A stretch of 64,000 bases of DNA from Clostridia bacterium (GTDB taxonomy: Bacteria > Bacillota > Clostridia > UBA1212 > UBA1255). The stretch's first letter is position 1. Each line of letters begins with the position of its first letter. Positions 40,708 through 51,466 of the stretch are shown in pieces. Below the pieces are notes generated by a model. It ran no database searches and was not told the origin of the DNA. It saw only the letters and a program-made list of their open reading frames with translations. The translations under genes and the position numbers were made by a program. The stretch lies in assembly GCA_017508875.1 (NCBI GenBank), contig JAFWQX010000084.1, forward strand, positions 2,506-66,505, in the 5' to 3' direction.

Positions 40708-41775
40708 ATGCGTCAGGACACGAATTACGCATACGCGGTAGCAAGAATTAAAGTGATGGAGAACCAGCTGTTAAAAAGCAGCGATATTGACGCTTTGATC
40801 GAAAGTACACCCGAAGCGCTGATATCTGCTCTTACCGGCTTCGGTTATCCTGCGCTTTCAAACAGCTCCGGAGACCAGAACGATGAAAATGATCTTTTGT
40901 CCGTATACACCTCTGAACTTTCAGCTTTTTTCGCCGAAACAGTCCGTTCAATAATGAAATTTGCGCCCGAACCGGAAGTGCTGAAGACTTTTTTATTGAA
41001 TACCGATTACAGTAACGTAAAAATATGCATAAAAGAGTACGGAAAGTTTACAGCCGAGACGGGAACAGCTCAGGATATCAGACTCAGCGCAAATGGAACG
41101 GTACCGGTCGAAACCGTGCTGAACGCTTTCGTGAAAACTGATTTCGAACCGCTCGGAGCGATACTTGCCAAAGCCGCAAAAGATGCTTCCGATGAACTTG
41201 CAAGGAGCAGGAATGCGAGGAATTCAGATATCATAATCGATAAATACTGTTTTTCAGCAATGAAACAGGCTGCTGATTCCGGATGCATATCCACCAGGCG
41301 CGTCATGAACAAATATCTCAGTATATACGCCGACTGGAAGAATATGCTGACCGCTTTGCGCATAAAATCTTCCGGAAGCGACGCGGGACTAATGGATAAG
41401 GCTTATCTTCAGGGAAATTTAAAGAAAGAATATTTTAATTCTGTCATTAACTCTGAAATTGCCCCGTTCGCCGGTACACAGTATGCAAAATATATTGACG
41501 CAGTACTGACGCGGTCAGGAAAGGTTTTACAGGAGCAGCCCGACATATCTTTCTATGAACAATTGTCCTCGGCGTACATCGACGGACAGCTGATGAAAGA
41601 CCGGAACGAGCCTTATAAGATCAACGCATTGCTTGCATTTATCGCAAGACGCAGGCGCGAAATATCACTTATCCGGCTCATTATCGTAGGAAAACGTTCG
41701 GGACTCGATGCCGGGAAGATCAGGGAGCTTATTGAAAAAAGCGCTCTGCCGCTTCAATTTATTGAAGGTGTATGA
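40708..41775 (+). CDS. V-type ATPase subunit C (d-subunit)
   Basis: The N-terminus NYAYAVARIKVMENQLL is typical of NtpC. Length 355 aa. Confidence 0.8.
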   Translation: MRQDTNYAYAVARIKVMENQLLKSSDIDALIESTPEALISALTGFGYPALSNSSGDQNDENDLLSVYTSELSAFFAETVRSIMKFAPEPEVLKTFLLNTDYSNVKICIKEYGKFTAETGTAQDIRLSANGTVPVETVLNAFVKTDFEPLGAILAKAAKDASDELARSRNARNSDIIIDKYCFSAMKQAADSGCISTRRVMNKYLSIYADWKNMLTALRIKSSGSDAGLMDKAYLQGNLKKEYFNSVINSEIAPFAGTQYAKYIDAVLTRSGKVLQEQPDISFYEQLSSAYIDGQLMKDRNEPYKINALLAFIARRRREISLIRLIIVGKRSGLDAGKIRELIEKSALPLQFIEGV

Positions 41776-42095
41776 CGATGGCATATTCAATTTCAGTTAT
41801 TGGGGATAAAGAAAGTATTCTCTCGTTTAAAGCGGTAGGAATAAAGGAGTTCGAATGCTCTACGCGCTCCGGCGCTTTAAAGGCGCTGAAAGCTGCCGCG
41901 GAAGAATCAGCCATAATTTACATTACCGAAGACGTATACAGGCTGATCAGTGAGGAAATATGTTTTTATGACGATAAACCGCTTCCGGCGATAATTCCTT
42001 TCCCGGGAATCAAAGGCGGGACCGGTCTTGGAATGGAACTTTTAAATAAATCTGTTGAAACTGCCGTAGGCAGCAATATTCTTCAGAACGACTGA
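41772..42095 (+). CDS. V-type ATPase subunit F
   Basis: A 107-aa protein, overlapping by 4 nt, with ILSFKAVGI-type N-terminus. Confidence 0.75.
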   Translation: MTMAYSISVIGDKESILSFKAVGIKEFECSTRSGALKALKAAAEESAIIYITEDVYRLISEEICFYDDKPLPAIIPFPGIKGGTGLGMELLNKSVETAVGSNILQND

Positions 42096-42168
42096 TACCG
42101 CAGCCGGCTGACCGGATCCGTTCGTTCAGCGCTCTCGGCTGCATGTGCTCAGAAAGGAATGATCAGTA

Positions 42169-43941
42169 ATGGTCAAAGGAGTAATTACTAAAATATCCGG
42201 ACCTCTCGTGGTAGCATCCGGAATGAGAGCCGCAAACATGTTCGATATGGTTAAAATAGGCGAACTGGGCCTTACAGGAGAGATAATCGAAATACACGGA
42301 GATAAGGCGTCCATTCAGGTATACGAAGAGACCGCCGGTCTTAAGCCCGGAGAAGAAGTCGTAAGTACCGGACTGCCGCTCAGCGTAGAACTTGGCCCCG
42401 GTCTCATAAAAAGCATCTTTGACGGCATCCAGAGACCGCTCGAGGAAATGTACCGGATCCAGGGATATAATATTAAAAGAGGTCTTACTCTTCCTGCGCT
42501 CGACCGCAAAAAGAAGTGGCATTTTTCTCCGGCATGCAAAGCAGGAGATTCGCTCGGCGAGGGGGACGTCGTAGGTACTGTTAAAGAGACCGAAGTAGTT
42601 ACTCAGCGCATAATGCTGCCCAAAGGGGTATCGGGCGAGATCATCAGCATAAACGAAGGCGATTTTACCGTCGATGAACCCGTAGGCCTTTTGAAAGATT
42701 CCAGAGGCAGAGAGCACGACATAAAGATGCTCACTACCTGGCCGATCCGAGTAGGACGTCCGTATACGCAGAAGCTTCCTCCAACGGAACCGCTTTCGAC
42801 AGGCCAGAGAAATATTGACACGCTCAATCCGATTGCCAAAGGCGGAGCTGCCGCTATCCCGGGACCTTTCGGTTCGGGAAAAACAGTTGTCCAGCACCAG
42901 CTCGCGAAGTGGGCGCAGACCGATATAGTCGTATATATCGGATGCGGCGAGCGCGGCAATGAAATGACGGACGTTCTTAACGAATTTCCTGGGATCATTG
43001 ACCCGAAATCCGGCAAATCGCTGATGGAACGCACGGTACTTATCGCCAATACTTCCGATATGCCCGTTGCCGCCCGCGAAGCTTCGATATATACAGGTAT
43101 TACGATCGCAGAGTATTTCCGCGATATGGGTTACGACGTGGCAATAATGGCAGACTCGACTTCACGCTGGGCTGAGGCTCTTCGCGAAATGTCAGGCCGC
43201 CTCGAAGAAATGCCCGGCGAAGAAGGCTATCCCGCATACCTCGGCTCGAGACTTGCGCAATTCTATGAAAGAGCCGGAATGGTACGCACTTTAGGCACCC
43301 GCCCGAGGACCGGATCCGTCACGGCTATAGGCGCTGTATCGCCTCCGGGAGGAGATATTTCCGAACCGGTATCGCAGGCTACGCTCAGGATCGTAAAAGT
43401 ATTCTGGGGGCTGGATTCCGCACTCGCATATGCGAGACATTTCCCGGCTATAAACTGGCTCAACAGTTATTCGCTGTACGTCACGAGCCTCACGCCGTGG
43501 TTCATTAAAAACGTTGCCCCGGACTGGATGGAGAAGCGCGCGACAATGATGCGTCTTCTTCAGAAAGAGGCGGAACTTAACGAAATCGTAAAACTCGTAG
43601 GCGTTGACGCACTCTCCGGACAGGACAGGCTCGTACTGAATGCGACGCGGTCAATTCGCGAGGATTACCTTCAGCAGGATGCCATGGATGAGATCGATAC
43701 GCACGCTTCGTACGGTAAGATGTACGGACTTATGAGCCTCGTACTTGAATATTATACTAAATGCAGCGCGGCGCTTTCCCGCGGCGTGAGTTTCAGAGGC
43801 ATCGACCATCTTAAAGTTACCGAGCGGATCGGCAGGTTCAAGTTTACGCCTGAAGAAAGTTTCCAGCAGGAACTCGCAGCTGTCAGAGCAGAACTTGACG
43901 CCGAAATTCGCGAGCTTGAAAAGAGCGAGGTGGAAGAATAA
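42169..43941 (+). CDS. ntpA: V-type ATPase catalytic subunit A
   Basis: Walker [10 protein letters not shown]. Length 590 aa. Confidence 0.95.
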   Translation: MVKGVITKISGPLVVASGMRAANMFDMVKIGELGLTGEIIEIHGDKASIQVYEETAGLKPGEEVVSTGLPLSVELGPGLIKSIFDGIQRPLEEMYRIQGYNIKRGLTLPALDRKKKWHFSPACKAGDSLGEGDVVGTVKETEVVTQRIMLPKGVSGEIISINEGDFTVDEPVGLLKDSRGREHDIKMLTTWPIRVGRPYTQKLPPTEPLSTGQRNIDTLNPIAKGGAAAIPGPFGSGKTVVQHQLAKWAQTDIVVYIGCGERGNEMTDVLNEFPGIIDPKSGKSLMERTVLIANTSDMPVAAREASIYTGITIAEYFRDMGYDVAIMADSTSRWAEALREMSGRLEEMPGEEGYPAYLGSRLAQFYERAGMVRTLGTRPRTGSVTAIGAVSPPGGDISEPVSQATLRIVKVFWGLDSALAYARHFPAINWLNSYSLYVTSLTPWFIKNVAPDWMEKRATMMRLLQKEAELNEIVKLVGVDALSGQDRLVLNATRSIREDYLQQDAMDEIDTHASYGKMYGLMSLVLEYYTKCSAALSRGVSFRGIDHLKVTERIGRFKFTPEESFQQELAAVRAELDAEIRELEKSEVEE

Positions 43942-45320
43942 TGCAGAAAGAATACAAAACAATTACCGAAATTGCCGGACCGCTTATGATGCTCAATAAA
44001 GTAACCGACGTAAGTATGGGCGAGCTCGGCGAAATAATGGTCGCTGACGGTTCTAAAAAGATGTGCAAAGTTATGGAGATCGACGGCGACGTGGCAGTCG
44101 TACAGCTGTTCGGTTCTTCCGCCGGTATTAATCCTGCAGAAAGCACTGTTAAATTCCTCGGACACGGAACGGAACTCGCCGTATCGGAAGATATGCTCGG
44201 CCGCGTTTTCGACGGTCTCGGCAGACCGGTAGACGGAGGCCCTGAACTCCTCGCCGAAGAACGCCTCGACGTTAACGGCCTTCCTATGAACCCTGCCGCC
44301 AGAGAATACCCTTCGGAATTCATACAGACCGGCGTCTCTGCAATAGACGGACTGAACACGCTCGTAAGAGGCCAGAAGCTTCCTATATTCTCCGCCTCCG
44401 GACTTCCGCATTCCGAGCTCGCCGTACAGATTGCGAGACAGGCGAAAGTGCTGGGCGACGACAGCAAATTTGCAGTCGTATTTGCGGCAATGGGTATCAC
44501 GTTCGAGGAGGCCAATTTCTTTATTGACGACTTCCGCAAGACAGGCGCACTGAGCCGCAGCGTCCTTTTCATAAACCTCGCGAACGATCCTTCAGTAGAA
44601 AGGATCTCCACGCCGAGAATGGCATTGACCGCCGCGGAATATCTCGCTTTCGAGAAAAACATGCACGTACTCGTAATTATGACGGATATCACGTATTACT
44701 GCGAGTCGCTGCGTGAGATCTCAGCGGCCAGAAAAGAAGTCCCGGGACGAAGAGGCTATCCTGGCTATCTGTATACCGACCTCGCGACGCTTTACGAGCG
44801 CGCAGGGCGCAAGCGCGGGATCAAAGGCAGCATAACGCTCATCCCGATACTTACGATGCCCGAAGACGATAAGACGCATCCAATTCCGGACCTCACCGGA
44901 TATATCACCGAAGGCCAGATCATTCTTTCGCGCGACCTTCACAGAAAAGGCATAACTCCTCCGATCGACGTACTTCCTTCGCTTTCGAGACTTAAGGATA
45001 AAGGTATCGGCAAGGGAAAGACCAGGGCGGATCACGCGAATACTATGAACCAGCTTTTCTCGGCATATTCGAGGGGCAAGGAAGCTAAAGAACTGGCAAC
45101 GGTTCTGGGCGATTCCGCACTTTCCGAAACCGACCTTCTGTATGCTGAATTTGCCGAGCGGTTCGAGAAAGAATACGTTTCTCAGGGCTTTAACGTAAAC
45201 AGAACGATAGAAGAAACTCTTGAGACCGGCTGGAAACTCCTTCGTATTTTCCCGAGAGCCGAACTGAAAAGGATCAAAGACGAGCATCTTGATAAATATT
45301 ATGATGCTCCGGCAGAGTAA
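43941..45320 (+). CDS. ntpB: V-type ATPase subunit B
   Basis: A 459-aa non-catalytic nucleotide-binding subunit with the typical [16 protein letters not shown] motif. Confidence 0.95.
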   Translation: MQKEYKTITEIAGPLMMLNKVTDVSMGELGEIMVADGSKKMCKVMEIDGDVAVVQLFGSSAGINPAESTVKFLGHGTELAVSEDMLGRVFDGLGRPVDGGPELLAEERLDVNGLPMNPAAREYPSEFIQTGVSAIDGLNTLVRGQKLPIFSASGLPHSELAVQIARQAKVLGDDSKFAVVFAAMGITFEEANFFIDDFRKTGALSRSVLFINLANDPSVERISTPRMALTAAEYLAFEKNMHVLVIMTDITYYCESLREISAARKEVPGRRGYPGYLYTDLATLYERAGRKRGIKGSITLIPILTMPEDDKTHPIPDLTGYITEGQIILSRDLHRKGITPPIDVLPSLSRLKDKGIGKGKTRADHANTMNQLFSAYSRGKEAKELATVLGDSALSETDLLYAEFAERFEKEYVSQGFNVNRTIEETLETGWKLLRIFPRAELKRIKDEHLDKYYDAPAE

Positions 45321-45345
45321 TCGATTGACCGCGACGGTGATTTAA

Positions 45346-45981
45346 ATGGCAAGACTTAACGTCAGCCCCACGAGAATGGAGCTGGGACGTCTGAAAAAAC
45401 GACTTGGCGTTGCCCGCAACGGACATAAGCTGCTTAAAGATAAGCGCGATGAACTTATGAAGCAGTTTATGTCACTCATACGCAAAAATAAGGAGTTAAG
45501 ACTCGAGGCCGAAGCAAAACTCGGAAACGCTCAGAAAGATTTTCTTATCGCCGGTGCGATGCTTTCCGAAGAAAGCCTGGATGCAGCGCTCATGCTTCCG
45601 TCGAGGAGCATAGACGCAGACGTCAGTTTTAAAAATATTACGGGCGTCACGGTACCGGAGTTTGAATATAAGATCAGTTTCGGAACGGGCGATCCGATCT
45701 GCTACGGATTCAACGACACGAACGCTTCGCTCGATAAAGCGGTCGCGTCAATGGATTCCATGGTCGAACTTTTGCTCGAACTCGCGAAGAACGAGAAGGC
45801 GGCGCGCCTGCTAAGCTGCGAGATCGAAAAAACGAGGCGCAGGGTCAATGCACTTGAATACGTGATGATCCCGCAATTAGAAGAAACAATAAAATACATC
45901 AGGATGAAGATGGAAGAAAACGAGCGCGGTACGAAGATCAGACTTATGAAGGTCAAAGATATGGTGCTCGAAAAGAAGTGA
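45346..45981 (+). CDS. ntpD: V-type ATPase subunit D
   Basis: The N-terminus RLNVSPTRMELGRLKKRL is the NtpD signature. Confidence 0.9.
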   Translation: MARLNVSPTRMELGRLKKRLGVARNGHKLLKDKRDELMKQFMSLIRKNKELRLEAEAKLGNAQKDFLIAGAMLSEESLDAALMLPSRSIDADVSFKNITGVTVPEFEYKISFGTGDPICYGFNDTNASLDKAVASMDSMVELLLELAKNEKAARLLSCEIEKTRRRVNALEYVMIPQLEETIKYIRMKMEENERGTKIRLMKVKDMVLEKK

Positions 45982-46041
45982 TTCAACAGGTTTTGCATGA
46001 ATTGCGATCTGTGATTTTAGTTCCGGAGGTGCATTCGAATC

Positions 46042-46824
46042 ATGAAAATAAGCGTAATCGGAGCCGGCAATATGGGCGGCGCTCTGCTTGAAGCAGTTAT
46101 CAAGATGAACAGGCACGAAATTAAAGTTTTTGACCCGTCCGAAAAGGCGAAGGCTAAATTTTCGGAATATAAATGTGCCGAATTCGCATGCAGCGAAGTG
46201 GAAGCGGTAAAAGGCGCAGAACTTGTGATAATAGCCGTAAAACCCAAATTCGTTGACGCAGTATGCGAAAAAATCGTGAAATCTTTTGACCCCGCAAAAA
46301 CCGTACTGCTTTCCGTTGCCGCCGGAGTTAAAGTCTCCGTATATGAAAAATATTTCGGAAATATAGGTATCGTACGCACGATGCCGAACCTTCCCGCGCT
46401 TTGCGGAGAAGGCTATACCGGCCTCTACTTTAAGAACGTAAACGACGAGAAACTTAAGTCTGATATAATCGAGATTTTCTCTTCCGTCGGAGAGACCGGA
46501 GTATTTCCGAGTGAAGATATGATCGACAGACTCATACCTGTGACTTCGAGCAGCCCCGCGTATATCTGCCTTCTGATCGAAGCGATGGCCGACGGCGCCG
46601 TCAGGCTCGGCTTCTCCAGAGACGCGGCATATAAAATGTGCGAGCAGGCCGTACTGGGAACTGCACAGTATCTGAAGGAGTCCGGAATGCATCCCGCAGA
46701 ACTCAAAGACCGCGTATGTTCGCCCGCAGGCACGACGATCGAAGCAGTGCTCGCTTTAGAAGAAAACGGATTCAGAAACAGCATACTTCAGGCTATGGAT
46801 AAGTGCTACAAAAAGCTTAACTGA
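46042..46824 (+). CDS. proC: pyrroline-5-carboxylate reductase
   Basis: MKISVIGAGNMGGAL Rossmann motif and a C-terminal P5CR dimerisation region. Confidence 0.85.
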   Translation: MKISVIGAGNMGGALLEAVIKMNRHEIKVFDPSEKAKAKFSEYKCAEFACSEVEAVKGAELVIIAVKPKFVDAVCEKIVKSFDPAKTVLLSVAAGVKVSVYEKYFGNIGIVRTMPNLPALCGEGYTGLYFKNVNDEKLKSDIIEIFSSVGETGVFPSEDMIDRLIPVTSSSPAYICLLIEAMADGAVRLGFSRDAAYKMCEQAVLGTAQYLKESGMHPAELKDRVCSPAGTTIEAVLALEENGFRNSILQAMDKCYKKLN

Positions 46825-46864
46825 AGCCTGATGAAATGATCTTTACTGCCGGAGTTTATTTACA

Positions 46865-47941
46865 GTGAAACACGTTGATATTTACACAGACGGAGCATGC
46901 AAAGGAAATCCGGGTCCCGGCGGATATGCCGCCATACTTATTTACGGAAAAAAGGAATTCGTGCTTTCCGGATTCGAGCCGGAGACTACCAATAACCGCA
47001 TGGAACTTACCGCTGCTATCGAAGGAATCGGGGCGCTCAAGGAAAAGTGCGAAGTTTCGCTTTTCTCAGACAGTTCATATCTTACGGACGCATTCAATAA
47101 AGGCTGGATATATAACTGGGAGAACAACGGCTGGAAATCTGGTAAAACCGCCGTTAAAAATCCCGATCTTTTTAAACGATTGCTCGAGCTTTCGCGCGTG
47201 CACAACGTGACGTGGATCCACGTAAAAGGTCATGCGGACAATGAATACAACAACCGTTGTGATGAGCTCGCGGTCAATGAATATAAGAAGCATCTGAGTA
47301 CAGAAGAACAGGCAGAAGAGCAGGCGGAAGAACAGGCAGAAGGTGCAACTGAAATTGACCGCGACGCCCCTTATACCGGCCCGCTGGAGGAAACTGTGGT
47401 TTCCAGTAAAAAGCGCTTCTCCGGAAAAGTGTTCAACGTCGAAGAACGAGTTGTTAAATTGTCCGACGGGTCGCTCAAAGACCGAGAGATCGTTGTACAC
47501 AGCGGAGGAAGTGCTATCGTTGCCGTAGACAGCGACCGTAAAATTTATCTCGTTCGCCAGTTCCGCAGCGCCGCCGGAAAGGTCATGCTGGAGATCCCGG
47601 CAGGAAAACTTGAAAAAGGGGAAGATCCTCTCGAGGCTGCCGTCCGCGAACTTCACGAAGAGACCGGCCTGGTGGCTGATCCTGCATCTGTCCGGAAACT
47701 CGGTGAATTTTACGGCACTCCGGGTTACTGCTCGGAAGTCATTCATCTGTATTTCGTTTATTCTGATCTAAAAGCCGGAGCTCCGCACCGCGATCAGGGA
47801 GAACTCTTAAGATGCGAAAAATATGACTTTGAAGACGCGCTGAAAATGGTTTATGAGGGTCTTCTCCAGGATGCTAAAACAGTAATAGGGATTACGCTCG
47901 CCGCATCGATGCCCGAAATCGGTCTGAAAAAGGGGCAATAA
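46865..47941 (+). CDS. RNase HI domain fused through an (EEQA)n linker to a NUDIX ADP-ribose-pyrophosphatase-like domain
   Basis: The N-terminal 150 aa have the RNase HI DEDD residues (DIYTDGAC...ELTA...SDS...HAD). The C-terminus has the Nudix box GKLEKGEDPLEAAVRELHEETGL. The start is a GTG. Confidence 0.8.
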   Translation: MKHVDIYTDGACKGNPGPGGYAAILIYGKKEFVLSGFEPETTNNRMELTAAIEGIGALKEKCEVSLFSDSSYLTDAFNKGWIYNWENNGWKSGKTAVKNPDLFKRLLELSRVHNVTWIHVKGHADNEYNNRCDELAVNEYKKHLSTEEQAEEQAEEQAEGATEIDRDAPYTGPLEETVVSSKKRFSGKVFNVEERVVKLSDGSLKDREIVVHSGGSAIVAVDSDRKIYLVRQFRSAAGKVMLEIPAGKLEKGEDPLEAAVRELHEETGLVADPASVRKLGEFYGTPGYCSEVIHLYFVYSDLKAGAPHRDQGELLRCEKYDFEDALKMVYEGLLQDAKTVIGITLAASMPEIGLKKGQ

Positions 47942-47971
47942 TTGACATCTGAGCCTCAAAAGGTGTAACAT
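47942..47971 (+). promoter_or_regulatory. candidate promoter TTGACA-18-TAACAT upstream of valS
   Basis: -35 at 47942-47947 and -10 at 47966-47971. The leader is only about 50 nt, so no T-box. Confidence 0.4.
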
Positions 47972-48023
47972 ATACAAAATAATATTTGGGAGGCCTTGTG
48001 CTCTTATGAACAAAGGGGAGAGC

Positions 48024-50663
48024 ATGGCTAAAGTTTACGAGCCGTGTACAGTAGAAAAGCAAATATATGAGAACTGGGAAGCAAACGGTTACTTTAAGGG
48101 TGTGATTGATCCGGATAAGAAGCCGTTTACTATAGTTATTCCACCTCCGAATATAACAGGACAGCTCCATATGGGTCACGCCCTTGATGAGACGCTGCAG
48201 GATATTATTATCCGCTTTAAGAGGATGCAGGGCTTCTCGGCGCTGTGGCTTCCCGGAACGGATCACGCAAGTATTGCCACGGAAGCTAAGATCGTTGACG
48301 CGCTTGCTAAAGAAGGTCTTACAAAAGAGCAGATCGGTCGCGAAGAGTTCTTAAAGCGCGCATGGGACTGGAAAGCAAAATACGGAAGCAGGATCGTCAC
48401 TCAGTTAAGGTCGCTGGGTTCGTCTTGCGACTGGTCCAGAGAGCGTTTCACGATGGATGAAGGCCTTTCGAAAGCTGTCCGAGAAGTGTTCGTAAGACTG
48501 TATAATAAGGGTCTCATCTATAAAGGGGAACGGATAACAAACTGGTGTCCCTGCTGTAATACTTCTATATCCGACATCGAAATCGAATACAGTGAAGATG
48601 ACGGATATTTCTGGCATATCAACTATCCTTTCGCGGACGGTTCCGGTGCCCTTACGATAGCTACGACAAGACCTGAAACGTTGCTGGGAGACGTCGCTGT
48701 CGCCGTAAATCCGGAAGACGAAAAGTATAAGGATATCGTCGGAAAGATGCTGATCCTTCCGCTCGTGAATAAAGAGATACCCGTGATCGCGGACGATTAC
48801 GTAGAGCTCGGTTTCGGTACCGGCGCTGTGAAGATCACTCCGGCTCATGATCCCAACGACTACGAAGTGGGTAAGCGCCATGACCTGCCTGTGATCAGGA
48901 TCATGGACGATAAGGGCTTTATCAACGAGAACGGCGGAAAGTACGCAGGAATGGAGCGTTACGCCGCCAGAAAGCAGATAGTTGAAGATCTGAAAGCGGA
49001 AGGTCTGCTCGTTAAGATCGAACCGCATAAACACAACGTAGGACATTGTCAGCGCTGCGGCACGGTGCTCGAACCGTTCGTGTCGAACCAGTGGTACGTA
49101 AAAATGAAGCCTTTAGCAGAGCCAGCTATTGACGCCGTGCGCTCCGGAAGGATCAAGTTTGTCCCTGACCGTTTTGCTAAAACGTATTATAACTGGATGG
49201 AAAACATTCAGGACTGGTGTATCTCGCGTCAGCTCTGGTGGGGCCACCGTATTCCCGCGTACTATTGCGACGAATGCGGCCACATCAATGTTTCGCGCGA
49301 AGCACCTGAAAAATGCGAATGCTGCGGCAGCACGAAATTAACGCAGGATCAGGATACGCTCGACACCTGGTTCAGCTCTGCGCTCTGGCCGTTTTCGACG
49401 CTCGGCTGGCCTGACGAAACTCCCGACCTGAAATATTTCTATCCGACCGACGTGCTCGTCACCGGTTACGACATCATATTCTTCTGGGTCGCGCGAATGA
49501 TATTTTCAGCCTGCGAACAGATGGGTGAGGTACCGTTCAAGACCGTACTTTTCCACGGCCTCGTCAGGGACTCGCAGGGCAGGAAGATGTCGAAATCGCT
49601 CGGCAACGGTATCGATCCGCTCGAAGTTATCGATCAGTTCGGTACTGATGCGCTCAGGTTTTCGCTTATCACCGGAAACAGCCCGGGCAACGACCAGCGC
49701 TATCTCCAGGAGAAAGTTGAGTCCGCGCGTAATTTCGCCAATAAGATCTGGAACGCCACCCGCTTCGTGCTGATGAATTTCGACGAAGATCCCGACTTCA
49801 CCAAAGTCGACCCTGCGAAGTTCACGATCGAAGATAAATGGATACTTTCATCTGCAAACAGGCTCGTTTCCGAAGTCACCGAGAACCTCGAAAAATACGA
49901 GCTCGGCGTGGCGCTTTCGAAGGTATACGACTTTGTCTGGGACGTTTATTGTGACTGGTACATCGAGATGGTTAAGCCCAGGCTGTTCGATTCTGCGGCA
50001 GATAACCGTCTGGAAGCTCAGTTCGTACTTAACGAAGTGCTTATCAAATGCATGAAGCTGCTTCATCCGTTTATGCCTTTCGTCACAGAAGCGATCTATC
50101 AGAAGCTCTACAAAGACGCTGAAAGCATTATGATATCCAGCTGGCCTCAGGCCAACGATAAATATTCATATCCCGAAGAAGAAAAAGCCATCGACTTTAT
50201 TATTGACGCGATCAAGAAGATCAGAAACATACGTCACGAAATGGGAGTTCCTTCTTCGAGAAAAGCCCACGTGATCGCTGTTACGACAGACGCTTCCAAA
50301 GCGGCATTACTTTCAAAATGCGAGCCGATCCTGAAGAATCTGGGATATTGCGCCGGCCTTACGGTCCAGAGGGACAATACCGGCATTTCCAAAGACGCGG
50401 CGTCAATTTCTCTTCCGGATGCTTCGCTCTTTATGCCGCTCGAGGAACTGATCGATATCAAAAAAGAGATCGAGAGACTCACGCAGGAAAAGCAGAATCT
50501 CGAAAACGAGATAAACCGCATTTCCTCAAAACTATCCAACGAGAACTTTGTTAACAAAGCTCCGGCGCAGGTCGTGGAAGGCGAACGCGCTAAACTGGAA
50601 AAATACAGATCGATTTATGAAAACACTGCAAATAGATTGCACGATATGCTTGAAAGGGGTTAA
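48024..50663 (+). CDS. valS: valine--tRNA ligase
   Basis: HIGH-type motif PPPNITGQLHMGHA and KMSKS, with a C-terminal coiled coil. The start was moved to the ATG 48024 after RBS aaaggggagag. Confidence 0.95.
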   Translation: MAKVYEPCTVEKQIYENWEANGYFKGVIDPDKKPFTIVIPPPNITGQLHMGHALDETLQDIIIRFKRMQGFSALWLPGTDHASIATEAKIVDALAKEGLTKEQIGREEFLKRAWDWKAKYGSRIVTQLRSLGSSCDWSRERFTMDEGLSKAVREVFVRLYNKGLIYKGERITNWCPCCNTSISDIEIEYSEDDGYFWHINYPFADGSGALTIATTRPETLLGDVAVAVNPEDEKYKDIVGKMLILPLVNKEIPVIADDYVELGFGTGAVKITPAHDPNDYEVGKRHDLPVIRIMDDKGFINENGGKYAGMERYAARKQIVEDLKAEGLLVKIEPHKHNVGHCQRCGTVLEPFVSNQWYVKMKPLAEPAIDAVRSGRIKFVPDRFAKTYYNWMENIQDWCISRQLWWGHRIPAYYCDECGHINVSREAPEKCECCGSTKLTQDQDTLDTWFSSALWPFSTLGWPDETPDLKYFYPTDVLVTGYDIIFFWVARMIFSACEQMGEVPFKTVLFHGLVRDSQGRKMSKSLGNGIDPLEVIDQFGTDALRFSLITGNSPGNDQRYLQEKVESARNFANKIWNATRFVLMNFDEDPDFTKVDPAKFTIEDKWILSSANRLVSEVTENLEKYELGVALSKVYDFVWDVYCDWYIEMVKPRLFDSAADNRLEAQFVLNEVLIKCMKLLHPFMPFVTEAIYQKLYKDAESIMISSWPQANDKYSYPEEEKAIDFIIDAIKKIRNIRHEMGVPSSRKAHVIAVTTDASKAALLSKCEPILKNLGYCAGLTVQRDNTGISKDAASISLPDASLFMPLEELIDIKKEIERLTQEKQNLENEINRISSKLSNENFVNKAPAQVVEGERAKLEKYRSIYENTANRLHDMLERG

Positions 50664-50665
50664 AT

Positions 50666-51022
50666 ATGCTTAAAGTTAGTGAAATTGTCAAAATTCTTGA
50701 CGCGGAAGTTCTTACCGGACAGGAGAACATGGATCTTGAAATATATTCCGGCTGCGGCGCCGATCTTATGAGCGACGTTATGGCGTTTGTTAAAGAGAGC
50801 GTAATTCTCTGCACCGGACTTGTAAATCCTCAGGTAGTACGTACTGCCGAAATGATGGACATTAAAGTGCTCTGCTTCGTAAGAGGAAAAGTTCCGGGAG
50901 AAGCGGTCATTGAACTTGCTAAAGAAAAAGGCATCACCGTTTTAGCTACCCAGCAGCCGCTGTTCATTTGCTGCGGCCTGCTTTACAGCAACGGCATTAA
51001 AGGCAGGGGGGTGTGGAATTGA
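50666..51022 (+). CDS. DRTGG-domain protein (118 aa)
   Basis: The DRTGG signature region (CTGLVNPQVVRTAEMMDIKVL) is present. The start lies 3 nt after the valS stop. Confidence 0.8.
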   Translation: MLKVSEIVKILDAEVLTGQENMDLEIYSGCGADLMSDVMAFVKESVILCTGLVNPQVVRTAEMMDIKVLCFVRGKVPGEAVIELAKEKGITVLATQQPLFICCGLLYSNGIKGRGVWN

Positions 51023-51450
51023 GCGACAGTACCGTAAAGCTGCATTATGATATTGACGCGGAAGATTTCACAACTGCCGGCGAAGCTTCGAGCGGAGTAA
51101 AGAAAACACTTACCCGCCTGGGCGTAAATCCGGAACTGATAAAACGCATTTCGATCGCAATGTATGAAGCTGAGATCAATGCCGTAATTCATGCGAACGG
51201 CGGATTTGCTGACGTCGAGATCACCCCGGAGATGGTGAAAGTCGTCATATCCGATAACGGCCCCGGCATTCCGTGCGTAGAAGATGCTATGAAGCCGGGA
51301 TGGTCAACTGCTTCCAATCTTGTCAGGGAAATGGGCTTCGGCGCAGGTATGGGACTTCCGAATATGAAAAGGTATACTGACGAAATGTGCGTCGAATCGG
51401 AAGTTGGCGTAGGCACGAAGATAACACTGATCGTATATCTGAACCGCTGA
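51013..51450 (+). CDS. GHKL-ATPase anti-sigma-factor-like Ser/Thr protein kinase (SpoIIAB/RsbW-like)
   Basis: N-box EAEINAVIHA, G1 box DNGPGI and G2 box GFGAGMGL. The protein is 145 aa. Confidence 0.75.
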   Translation: MELSDSTVKLHYDIDAEDFTTAGEASSGVKKTLTRLGVNPELIKRISIAMYEAEINAVIHANGGFADVEITPEMVKVVISDNGPGIPCVEDAMKPGWSTASNLVREMGFGAGMGLPNMKRYTDEMCVESEVGVGTKITLIVYLNR

Positions 51451-51466
51451 TAAAGGTATTGAAATA

